A DNA stretch of 49,201 nucleotides. Source: Deltaproteobacteria bacterium (GTDB lineage Bacteria > CG03 > SLGR01 > JBDRKX01). A program made the translations under genes and the position numbers. The stretch is from NCBI GenBank assembly GCA_048634875.1, contig JAIVZN010000003.1, positions 1-49,201 on the forward strand, written 5' to 3'. Shown in pieces: positions 1 through 8,369 of the stretch (the stretch's first letter is position 1; the number at the start of each line of letters is the position of its first letter). The notes beneath the pieces are model-generated. The model saw only the letters and a list, made by a program, of their open reading frames with translations. It searched no databases and was not told where the DNA came from.

Positions 1-114
1 CCTCTCAAAAAGTATATAAATACCATTTAGAGGAATCTTATTTTCATCAAAAGGAAAACAGTGCTTTTCAACATTGTCCAACAATTTGTGTAATTTTGTG
101 CATTCCTTACTCAT
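1..114 (-). CDS. Partial CDS (N-terminus only), putative GIY-YIG-like nuclease
   Basis: Not in the ORF track. ATG at 114-112 overlaps the 3' end of the upstream gene; the frame reads MSKECTKLHKLLDNVEKHCFPFDENKIPLNGIYILFER and runs off the window edge. P-x-x-GIY-x-x-F resembles the first GIY-YIG motif. Confidence 0.6.
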   Translation of the reverse strand, partial: MSKECTKLHKLLDNVEKHCFPFDENKIPLNGIYILFER

Positions 115-526
115 TATCAACTCTTTCTTTAAGATATCTTAGTTGCTTTCCAATTCCTAAACCTTGCATGGGTACACTATAATGGTTTATATATTGAATC
201 AGATACTTCCTATATTTTTCTCCGGCAAGGAATACAATATTATCTGCTGCTGTATCAGCATATTGTGATAATTGTATTATGACTTTTTCCGCCCACCCAC
301 TTACTTCTAATGTTGACATTTTATTAAGAGATTTATCATATGGTGCGATTACTGTATCTAACCCCAACAACCCATATTTAGCCGAAAGAATAAATATATT
401 TTGTGGTTTTAATTTTCTTGCATACCTGAGATTTAATTTAAAGAGTGTACTAATATACAAATCTTTAGCTCTTGCTGAATAAGCTAGTTTTTTACTTGCA
501 CAGGATATTAAAACAATTTTTGCCAT
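107..526 (-). CDS. DUF6884-like (YaaA-related) small protein
   Basis: Motifs IVLISCASKK, AKDLY.S.LF, FILSAKYGL, IAPYD, FLAGEKY and GLGIGKQL match my recollection of this family. Confidence 0.7.
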   Translation of the reverse strand: MAKIVLISCASKKLAYSARAKDLYISTLFKLNLRYARKLKPQNIFILSAKYGLLGLDTVIAPYDKSLNKMSTLEVSGWAEKVIIQLSQYADTAADNIVFLAGEKYRKYLIQYINHYSVPMQGLGIGKQLRYLKERVDNE

Positions 527-537
527 TATTATTAAAC

Positions 538-714
538 TTATTTTATTTCATTTTTCCATTTTTTTATTTTCTTGATATCTTCTTCTGTGAATACAGGATA
601 ATTTTTATAGTCTCTTTTAGGTTTAACCCATCCCTTTTTTATCCAATAGTAAAGCCCCTGCCGGGTTAATCCTAACTCTTTTGCGGCTTTTGAAACATTA
701 TATAGCTTTTTCAT
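538..714 (-). CDS. MerR-type/excisionase-like helix-turn-helix protein (58 aa)
   Basis: MKKLYNVSKAAKELGLTRQGLYYWIKKGWVKPKRD...FTEEDI is a MerR-type winged HTH pattern. Start moved to ATG 714 because a promoter occupies 722-750. Confidence 0.75.
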   Translation of the reverse strand: MKKLYNVSKAAKELGLTRQGLYYWIKKGWVKPKRDYKNYPVFTEEDIKKIKKWKNEIK

Positions 715-721
715 AATAGTA

Positions 722-750
722 AGTATACAATACTTTACACTTTTTGTCAA
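722..750 (-). promoter_or_regulatory. Sigma70 promoter TTGACA-17bp-TATACT with overlapping palindrome
   Basis: Minus strand: TTGACA (750-745), 17 nt spacer, TATACT (727-722). The inverted repeat AAGTAT-aca-ATACTT at 721-735 overlaps the -10. Confidence 0.75.
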
Positions 751-979
751 ATACATTTTTTAATCGTGCGGTGGCGAGGAAACAATACAACTGGTTTTTA
801 AGCTATAATTAGGGAGTTATAGCTGCGGATTGCCTTTAAGCAATACGCAAAAACATAAAAATCGCTGACAAGAACATTTTTTCTTTTGATTTTTTCGCCC
901 TATTCAATTTCTTTTATTTTGAAGAGATTAGCAAACGCAGTTTGCCCGAAAATATTTTCAGAAAAAGGAGGTTAAACAC

Positions 980-2242
980 ATTAAAAAATCCGTCTATATC
1001 AAAACTTTCGGCTGTCAGATGAATAAAGCTGATTCAAGCAGACTGGAAGGACTGCTTGAATCTAAGGGGTACAGTTCTGTAGATAAAGCTGAATCTGCGG
1101 ATGTGATAATTTATAACACATGTTCAGTAAGAGAGCATGCTGAGCAAAAAGCAATGAGTCATGTGGGCAGGTTGAAGTTTTTAAAAATCAGAAGACCTGA
1201 GATTAAGATATGTGTTGTCGGTTGTATGGCGCAGAGAAAAAAGAAAGAAATAATTAGCAGTCTTCCGCATGTAGATTTAGTTATAGGCCCTTCCACCATG
1301 TTCAGGTTGCCCCGGTTAATTGAAAATGGAAACAAGGGAGTCTTCCTTGATACAGAAGAAACAGTTAGAGAGTTTCCTTCGCATGTTACAGATAGTTCAA
1401 AAAATTATATAGAGTTTGTTCCTGTAATGAAAGGGTGTAATAATTTCTGCAGTTACTGTATCGTTCCTTATGTAAGAGGCAGGGAACAATACCGCAAAAA
1501 AGAAGAAATTATTGCTGAGTGCAACAAGCTTGCTGATAGAGGTGTTATAGAAATAATGTTATTAGGACAAACTGTTAATTCACATCCTGACTTTATTGAT
1601 ATTTTAAAGAGTGTATCTGAAATTAATGGAATTAAAAGGGTAAGGTTTATCACTTCTTATCCCGGCAAAGTTAATAATGAGTTAATAGATTTAGTGGCAG
1701 GTAATCCGGTTTTGTGTAATTACTTCCATGTTCCGCTTCAATCAGGCTCTGACAGGGTATTAGAAAAAATGAACAGGAACTACACAGTAAGTAAATATAT
1801 GAAGATTGCTGAATATATCAGAAAAAAAATTCCGCAGGCATCTATATCAAGCGATTTTATTGTAGGATTTCCCGGAGAGTCGGAACAAGACTTTCAAAAG
1901 ACTCTAAATATGATTCAAAAAGTACAGTTTGACCAGTCTTTTACTTTTAAGTATTCTCCAAGACCTTTAACTATGGCGTCAAAATGGAAAGATGATATTC
2001 CGCTAAAAATTAAAAAGGAGAGATTGTCCAGGCTGAATGAATTGTGTACAAAGATTTCTCTTGAAAGAAACAAGAAATTAGAAGGTGAAATTTTAGAAGT
2101 CATATCTGAAGGAAATAATACAGGAAGAAGCGAACATTATAAGATTGTTTTCTTTAACGGTAAACCTGCAAATCCTCCGGAAATAGTAAAAATTAAAGTA
2201 ACTCAAGGTCTGCCGCATTCACTTAAAGGTGAAAGGATTTGA
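980..2242 (+). CDS. miaB: tRNA-2-methylthio-N6-dimethylallyladenosine synthase (radical SAM)
   Basis: TFGCQMN, NTCSVRE.AE, VVGCMAQ, radical SAM CNNFCSYC, DFIVGFPGE and a short TRAM domain. Start extended to ATT at 980, 7 nt after SD AGGAGGT. Confidence 0.95.
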   Translation: MKKSVYIKTFGCQMNKADSSRLEGLLESKGYSSVDKAESADVIIYNTCSVREHAEQKAMSHVGRLKFLKIRRPEIKICVVGCMAQRKKKEIISSLPHVDLVIGPSTMFRLPRLIENGNKGVFLDTEETVREFPSHVTDSSKNYIEFVPVMKGCNNFCSYCIVPYVRGREQYRKKEEIIAECNKLADRGVIEIMLLGQTVNSHPDFIDILKSVSEINGIKRVRFITSYPGKVNNELIDLVAGNPVLCNYFHVPLQSGSDRVLEKMNRNYTVSKYMKIAEYIRKKIPQASISSDFIVGFPGESEQDFQKTLNMIQKVQFDQSFTFKYSPRPLTMASKWKDDIPLKIKKERLSRLNELCTKISLERNKKLEGEILEVISEGNNTGRSEHYKIVFFNGKPANPPEIVKIKVTQGLPHSLKGERI

Positions 2243-2267
2243 CTAAAACCTGAAAAATATTTAAAGT
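2239..2267 (+). promoter_or_regulatory. Possible internal sigma70 promoter
   Basis: TTGACT-17bp-TAAAGT overlapping the miaB stop codon. Confidence 0.35.
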
Positions 2268-2294
2268 TATAAGCAGTAAGTTATAATTAAAGAA

Positions 2295-2350
2295 GGTAAT
2301 AGGTAACGGGGAATGAAATCTAATACCTAATACCCATTACCCAATACCCA
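2295..2350. repeat. Heptamer inverted-repeat element (GGTAATA / TAATACC type)
   Basis: ggtaata ggtaacg gggaatg, a short spacer, then taatacc taatacc cattacc caatacc. Confidence 0.7.
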
Positions 2351-2368
2351 AATTTATGGGAGGAATAT

Positions 2369-2824
2369 ATGAATGATGATAGAAGGGTACATAGAAGACT
2401 TCAGCTTACCTTATCTATTGCCCAGCCAATAAGACTTGAAATTTCTTCGGATCAACATGAAGATATGATTCCCGGCATTATAGTTAATATATCGGCTGGA
2501 GGGATGGCTCTAATTGTGTTTCATAAGCTTCCTGCAAATAGTTTTATTGAATTTAACCTTGAATTCATGGGAATTGAAGAACATCTGAGAGGCGAGGTTG
2601 TACGGGAAGAAGAAAAATTTGGAAAAACTTTTTTAGTAGCTGTAAAATTTGACAGGGTTGTTGACAAATTGAAAAATACAATAGAGAAGATGGCAGAAGA
2701 TTTTGATATTTGCGAATTAAGATACCTTATGAAGGGAAAGGATGCCTGTTTTCCAGACTGCAGTTTTTATCCCTTATGCGCTAAAAGAATACGAAAAGAT
2801 AAAGGAGAGAAAGATACAAAATGA
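2369..2824 (+). CDS. PilZ-domain protein with C-terminal 4-Cys motif
   Basis: RRVHRR (RxxxR) and NISAGG (D/NxSxxG) c-di-GMP-binding motifs; tail C-x10-C-x3-C-x5-C. Confidence 0.8.
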   Translation: MNDDRRVHRRLQLTLSIAQPIRLEISSDQHEDMIPGIIVNISAGGMALIVFHKLPANSFIEFNLEFMGIEEHLRGEVVREEEKFGKTFLVAVKFDRVVDKLKNTIEKMAEDFDICELRYLMKGKDACFPDCSFYPLCAKRIRKDKGEKDTK

Positions 2825-3150
2825 ATCAATTTAAATTATTAATAATAATACTGTTTGCTTTTTTAGTTGCTATTTTTGCAGTTTCTAATCCGCAGAGCGC
2901 TTCGCTTTATTTTTTTGGAAAGAAAATTATCCCTGAGATTTCAATGGTTATTATTGTTTTAGGCTCTGTACTTATGGGAGTTATTCTTACAGCAATTCTC
3001 GGATTTTTATCTCAGGCAAAACTTAAAAACCAAATTTCAAAATTAACAAAAGAAAACGAACAGTTCAAAGAAAAAGAGGCAAAACTACAGTTAAAAATAA
3101 GAGCATTTGAAGAGAAGTTTGAAGAATCTGATAAAGAAAACGATTCCTAA
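2821..3150 (+). CDS. LapA family (DUF1049) membrane protein
   Basis: Two TM segments, AIFAVSN motif, C-terminal coiled coil. Confidence 0.75.
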   Translation: MNQFKLLIIILFAFLVAIFAVSNPQSASLYFFGKKIIPEISMVIIVLGSVLMGVILTAILGFLSQAKLKNQISKLTKENEQFKEKEAKLQLKIRAFEEKFEESDKENDS

Positions 3151-5736
3151 GTGGTTAAAGAAACACCTCTTGTAAAACAATATCAAAAGATAAAATCCCA
3201 GTATCCCGATACTTTTTTATTTTTCCGGTTAGGTGATTTTTATGAATTATTCGGAGACGATGCAATCCATGCTTCTAAAATCATGGAAGTTACTCTTACC
3301 AAGCGACAGGAGATGCCACTCTGTGGTGTGCCATACCATTCTGCTACAAAATATATTAAAAAACTATTAAATAAATCAAAAAGTGTAGCTATCTGCGAAC
3401 AGACAGAGGATCCGTCCGAGGCAAAAGGAATAGTTAAAAGAGAAGTAGTCAGAGTCATTACCCCGGGAACAATTATTGAAGATGAATTACTTTCTGAAGA
3501 CTCAAATAATTTTCTTGTTTCCATATCAAAAACTTTTTCAAAATTCGGAATTGTATTCCTGGATATTTCTACAGGGGATTTTATGGGGTGTGAGGTAGAT
3601 GATATCAACTCCCTGGAAGCAGAACTCTCACGCCAGAGGGTAAGGGAGGCGGTTATACCGGTTGACAGTGATGAGTTGGACAGTTTTTTAACAAAACAGT
3701 TTGCAGAGGTTACTGTAACTAAAAAGGACTCATGGTATTTCAATGTTAGTAAGGCAGGTGACAGTATAAAAAGTTACTTTAATCTTTCCACTTTAAAAGG
3801 CTGGGAACTTGATAAGTATCCTTCAGTAACTGCGGCATGCGGCGGACTGATTCAGTATTTATCAGAAACTCAAAAGGACAGAAAAGTCACCTTGAAGAAA
3901 TTCAGGATATATACAGTTGATGAAAAAATGATATTAGACAGAAAGACCCAGGAAAATCTTGAATTAGTAAAGAATTTACATGACGGTAAAAAGAAAAATA
4001 CTTTGTTTGAAGCGCTGGATTTCACAGATACAGCAATGGGAATGAGAAAACTTGTTCAATGGATTTTAGGGCCGCTTAAAGATATAGATAAAATAAGAAT
4101 GAGGCTGAACAGCGTTGAGGAATTAATTCAGAAACCAGAAATTTCTCTAACCATTTCGGAGCTTCTTAATAAAACAAGCGATATGGAGAGAATAATAGGA
4201 AAGGCAAATTTTGGAAGCTGTAATGCAAGGGACATGACAGGTTTAAAAGAATCACTTAAAATCATACCCGCGTTAAAAGAACTTCTTAAAAGCTTTAATT
4301 CCGGGCTGATAAAGTCTATGGAAGATAAACTTGCTCCGCTTAATAATATAGTTGATGAACTGGAAAAAGCAATAAAAGAACCGCCGCCCCTGACTGTTAA
4401 AGAAGGCAATATAATTAAAAGGGGCTACAGCGCCCGGCTTGATGAACTTATGGATATTACATCCGGGGATAAAAAGTGGGTTTTAGAACTTGAAGAAAGA
4501 GAACGCCGAAGATTAAATATCCCGAAATTGAAGGTAGGTTACAACAAAGTTCACGGTTACTACATTGAAATCACCAGGTTGCATTCAAATAAAGTTCCGC
4601 CTGAATACCGGCGTAAACAAACTCTAATTAATTCTGAAAGATATATTACAGAAGAACTTAAAAACAGGGAAAATTCAATACTTGGCGCTGAAGAAAAAAA
4701 AATAGCGCTTGAATACAAAATATTCTGCGGATTGAGAGATATGGTGTCGGGTTATAATCGGATGATACAGCAAAATTCGGAGATTATAGCTCAGATTGAT
4801 GTTTTAAGCAGTTTTGCCCGGGTTTCAAAAAAATATTCATATTCAAAACCGCATGTCGGCAACTTCAACGAGATTACTATTAAAGAAGGAAGGCACCCTG
4901 TAGTAGAAAAGAATATGGCAGTTCATGAGTTCATCCCGAATGATACGCTTTTAGATAAAGATGAGAATCAGATATTAGTAATAACAGGACCGAATATGTC
5001 AGGTAAATCAACATACCTCAAACAAACTGCCTTAATTACAATAATGGCTCAGATGGGTTGTTTTGTTCCTGCATCCCTGGCGCATATCGGAATAACGGAC
5101 CGGATATTTACAAGAATCGGAGCAAGCGAGAATCTTGCAGGCGGAGAATCCACATTTATGGTAGAGATGACCGAAGTTGCTTCAATCTTAAATAATGCTA
5201 CCGATAAGAGCCTGCTTGTTTTGGACGAGGTTGGAAGAGGAACTTCAACTTTTGACGGTATAAGTATTGCATGGGCGGTAATTGAAGAAATAGCCAGGAT
5301 TAAAGGAAGAACGCTTTTTGCCACACATTATTTTGAATTAACTGAACTTGCCGGATACATGAAAAATGTCAAAAATTATAATTTTGTAGTCCGTGAGTGG
5401 GAAGATAAAAAGAAAGTTGTTTTTTTAAGAAAATTACAACCCGGCAGTGCTGATAAATCATACGGCATACACTGCGCCCAGCTTGCAGGAGTACCTAAAA
5501 ATGTCATCCAAAGAGCATGGGACATTTTTAAAACACTACAGGAAGAACAATTTGATGATCAGGGACTGCCTAAAGCAGCGCATAACGCCCAAGAAAGCCA
5601 GTTGAGTTTTTCAGGTGAATTAAAGAAAGATGATGAATACAGGGAAAAAATTAAAAATATTGATTTAAACAGGATAACGCCAATAGAAATTTTAAACGAA
5701 ATGAAAAAATGGCAACTGGAGATTGAAAATGATTAA
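3151..5736 (+). CDS. mutS: DNA mismatch repair protein MutS
   Basis: FRLGDFYELF, Walker A TGPNMSGKST, DEVGRGTST, SYGIHCAQLAG; C-terminal clamp-binding QLSF. Confidence 0.97.
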   Translation: MVKETPLVKQYQKIKSQYPDTFLFFRLGDFYELFGDDAIHASKIMEVTLTKRQEMPLCGVPYHSATKYIKKLLNKSKSVAICEQTEDPSEAKGIVKREVVRVITPGTIIEDELLSEDSNNFLVSISKTFSKFGIVFLDISTGDFMGCEVDDINSLEAELSRQRVREAVIPVDSDELDSFLTKQFAEVTVTKKDSWYFNVSKAGDSIKSYFNLSTLKGWELDKYPSVTAACGGLIQYLSETQKDRKVTLKKFRIYTVDEKMILDRKTQENLELVKNLHDGKKKNTLFEALDFTDTAMGMRKLVQWILGPLKDIDKIRMRLNSVEELIQKPEISLTISELLNKTSDMERIIGKANFGSCNARDMTGLKESLKIIPALKELLKSFNSGLIKSMEDKLAPLNNIVDELEKAIKEPPPLTVKEGNIIKRGYSARLDELMDITSGDKKWVLELEERERRRLNIPKLKVGYNKVHGYYIEITRLHSNKVPPEYRRKQTLINSERYITEELKNRENSILGAEEKKIALEYKIFCGLRDMVSGYNRMIQQNSEIIAQIDVLSSFARVSKKYSYSKPHVGNFNEITIKEGRHPVVEKNMAVHEFIPNDTLLDKDENQILVITGPNMSGKSTYLKQTALITIMAQMGCFVPASLAHIGITDRIFTRIGASENLAGGESTFMVEMTEVASILNNATDKSLLVLDEVGRGTSTFDGISIAWAVIEEIARIKGRTLFATHYFELTELAGYMKNVKNYNFVVREWEDKKKVVFLRKLQPGSADKSYGIHCAQLAGVPKNVIQRAWDIFKTLQEEQFDDQGLPKAAHNAQESQLSFSGELKKDDEYREKIKNIDLNRITPIEILNEMKKWQLEIEND

Positions 5737-7456
5737 ATTACTTTCAAAGGAAGTTGTAGAAAAAATTGCAGCAGGTGAGGTAGTAGAACGGCCTGCTTCT
5801 GTAGTGAAAGAGCTCCTTGAAAACTCCTTGGACGCAGGCGCTACAAGAATTGAAATAAATTTTGAAGGCAGCGGCGTAACTAATATTTCTATTTCAGATA
5901 ACGGAACTGGAATGAGCGAGGAAGAACTAAAACTTGCTTTTAAAAGACACGCTACTTCAAAAATAAGTAATATTGATGATTTAAATAATATAAGCACTTT
6001 AGGATTCAGGGGAGAAGCTCTTCCTTCAATTGCCGCAGTGTCTTGTGTTACAGTTTCATCAAGAACTCCTGAATCGGACCATGCTCACACATATAAAATT
6101 TCCGGCGGAGAAGCGCCTGCAATGGAGATAGCTGCAAGAGCACCCGGCACTACAGTTAAAGTTGAAAATATTTTCTTTAATGTTCCTGTCCGAAAAAAAT
6201 TTTTAAAAGCAGAGGTTACAGAAAGAAGAAACATAATAGCAACTGTTGAATCTTTAGCCCTGACAAGAGCCGATGTTGCTTTTATACTAAAATCAGGCGC
6301 AAAAAAGATTTTTGATTTTTCTCCTTCATCTTCCAAGGAACGGTTTTTACATGTTTTTGGCAGGAAACTTAAAGATTTAATAATTAAATTGGAATTTGAG
6401 AACCCTTTTATTAAAATATCAGGATTTATAACAAAGGCTGAAACAAGTTTCATTGACCGCAAAAAAATGCATATTTTTATAAACAACAGGCCTGTATATT
6501 CTCCGCTTATAATGCACGCAATTTCTCGGGGCTGCAACTCATTTATACCTCAGGGCAGATACCCTGCCTGTATGTTAAATATAGGGATAAAGCCTGAATT
6601 AGTAGATGTAAACATTCATCCCTCAAAGAAAGAAGTAAGGTTTGTAAATCAACAGGGAATCCACGAAATTTTATCAAAAGTTATAACAAGTGAACTCAGC
6701 AGGACTTCCATGAAAATAGATATCACCCTCCCTGATAAGAGAGAATATACAACACCTGCTAAACGCCCCGGTGTTTTTAAGGTGAAAGACAGTCAGTTAC
6801 ATTATTTAAAAGACATAGATCTAACCAGGTTAACAGAGTTTTCATTTGCCGGCCAGAAAGAAGAAAAACAGGATGAACCTGCAGGAAAGATAATTCCAAG
6901 GTTTCAGTGGAAAAATAAGTATATCATTGCTGAAGACGACAAAGGTATACTGGTAATTGACCAGCATACTGCATGGGAACGAATAAACTATGAAAGACTA
7001 AAATCTCAGTTTAAGAAGGAAAGTATATCTTCTCAGGGCACTCTCATCCCGGAAGTTTTAGAACTTGAATCTTCCTTTTCAGAAGTGCTTATCTCTAAAT
7101 TAGAACTGCTGAAAAAGTTCGGCATTTATATAGAAGAGTTTGGCCCTAATACATTTAAGGTAACCGGTATACCTTCCACTATAGGAAAACGCCGGATAAA
7201 CGATATGATTGAAAATATTATAAGTCTTTTTGAAGCCAGAGGCACTCCACCTGATACTGATGAGTTAAATGATGAATTAATAAAGATAATTGCCTGCAGG
7301 TCTTCAATTATGGCAGGAGACAAAATGTCCGGGGAAGAAGTAACATCTATGATTGCAATGTTAAATGAATGTTTAGTTCCTCACCGCTGTCCGCATGGAA
7401 GACCTGTTACTATACGGATTACAGAATCAGAACTTGATTCAAAGTTTATGAGATGA
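5729..7456 (+). CDS. mutL: DNA mismatch repair endonuclease MutL
   Basis: IAAGEVVERPASVVKELLENSLDAGA, GFRGEAL, DQHTAWERINYE, ACR, CPHGRP. ATG 5729 preferred over TTG 5723 on SD spacing. Confidence 0.97.
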   Translation: MIKLLSKEVVEKIAAGEVVERPASVVKELLENSLDAGATRIEINFEGSGVTNISISDNGTGMSEEELKLAFKRHATSKISNIDDLNNISTLGFRGEALPSIAAVSCVTVSSRTPESDHAHTYKISGGEAPAMEIAARAPGTTVKVENIFFNVPVRKKFLKAEVTERRNIIATVESLALTRADVAFILKSGAKKIFDFSPSSSKERFLHVFGRKLKDLIIKLEFENPFIKISGFITKAETSFIDRKKMHIFINNRPVYSPLIMHAISRGCNSFIPQGRYPACMLNIGIKPELVDVNIHPSKKEVRFVNQQGIHEILSKVITSELSRTSMKIDITLPDKREYTTPAKRPGVFKVKDSQLHYLKDIDLTRLTEFSFAGQKEEKQDEPAGKIIPRFQWKNKYIIAEDDKGILVIDQHTAWERINYERLKSQFKKESISSQGTLIPEVLELESSFSEVLISKLELLKKFGIYIEEFGPNTFKVTGIPSTIGKRRINDMIENIISLFEARGTPPDTDELNDELIKIIACRSSIMAGDKMSGEEVTSMIAMLNECLVPHRCPHGRPVTIRITESELDSKFMR

Positions 7457-8331
7457 AAGATGTAATTATAATAACAGGGCCAACTGCAAGCGGTAAAACC
7501 TGCCTTGCTCATCTGTTAGCCAAAAGTATCGGCGGAGAGATAATAATTGCGGATTCCATGAAAGCCTATCGCGAAACTGATATTGCTACTTCAAAGCCTC
7601 CTGAAAGTTACCGCAAGGAAATAAAATATCACTTATTAAGTATTATTGACCCTGCCCGGGAATACGATGTCGGATCATTTTACAAAAATGCCTGTATAAT
7701 AATTGATAATTTACACAAAAAAAACATATTGCCAATTATATCGGGCGGGACATCGCTTTATATCTCAAAATTAACCGACGGACTGGCTGAAATCCCTAAA
7801 ATTCCTGAAAGTATAAAAAATGAGTTAGAACAAAAACCAACAGAAATTTTATATGAGGAATTAAAGAAGGTAGATTTAGTTAGAGCTGAGAAGCTCCATC
7901 CTAATATGAAAAAAAGAATAATACGAGCACTTGGAGTATATAAATCAACAGGTAAAAGAATGAGTAAATTGATGCTTGATACAGTGCCTCCATCTTATAA
8001 TTTTATAATTTTAGGTATAAGGTGGGACAGGGAAAAACTCTATGAAAGAATCAATAAAAGAGTGGATAAAATGATTAAAGCGGGTCTTGTAGATGAAACT
8101 CAAAATCTTTATAAAAAGTACGGGCAGAATGCACCGGTATTTGAAGGGCTCGGCTACAGACAATTATTGCCGTATATAAAAGAAGAGATAAATCTTGAAC
8201 AGGCAATTGAAGATATAAAGCAGGCTACCAGAAATTACGCAAAAAGCCAGTTAACATGGTGGAGAAACAAAGATTTAATCTGGTTAAACGGCGAAAAATT
8301 GAAAAAAAATGATGATTGTAATATTTTTTAA
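7453..8331 (+). CDS. miaA: tRNA dimethylallyltransferase
   Basis: GPTASGKT, ADSM..YR, GGTSLY, TRNYAK.QLTWW; follows mutL. Confidence 0.93.
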   Translation: MKDVIIITGPTASGKTCLAHLLAKSIGGEIIIADSMKAYRETDIATSKPPESYRKEIKYHLLSIIDPAREYDVGSFYKNACIIIDNLHKKNILPIISGGTSLYISKLTDGLAEIPKIPESIKNELEQKPTEILYEELKKVDLVRAEKLHPNMKKRIIRALGVYKSTGKRMSKLMLDTVPPSYNFIILGIRWDREKLYERINKRVDKMIKAGLVDETQNLYKKYGQNAPVFEGLGYRQLLPYIKEEINLEQAIEDIKQATRNYAKSQLTWWRNKDLIWLNGEKLKKNDDCNIF

Positions 8332-8369
8332 TATATTGTAAAGTGAATAAAGCGACGAATGGAGGTAAT

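Noticed and set aside
715-756. Longer 72-aa start for the HTH gene given in the ORF track
   Set aside because: The extension runs through the -35/-10 promoter elements, and the HTH domain begins at ATG 714.
766-960. c-di-GMP or other riboswitch upstream of miaB
   Set aside because: I could not find the consensus motifs of a known riboswitch on either strand; kept only as an unexplained structured region.
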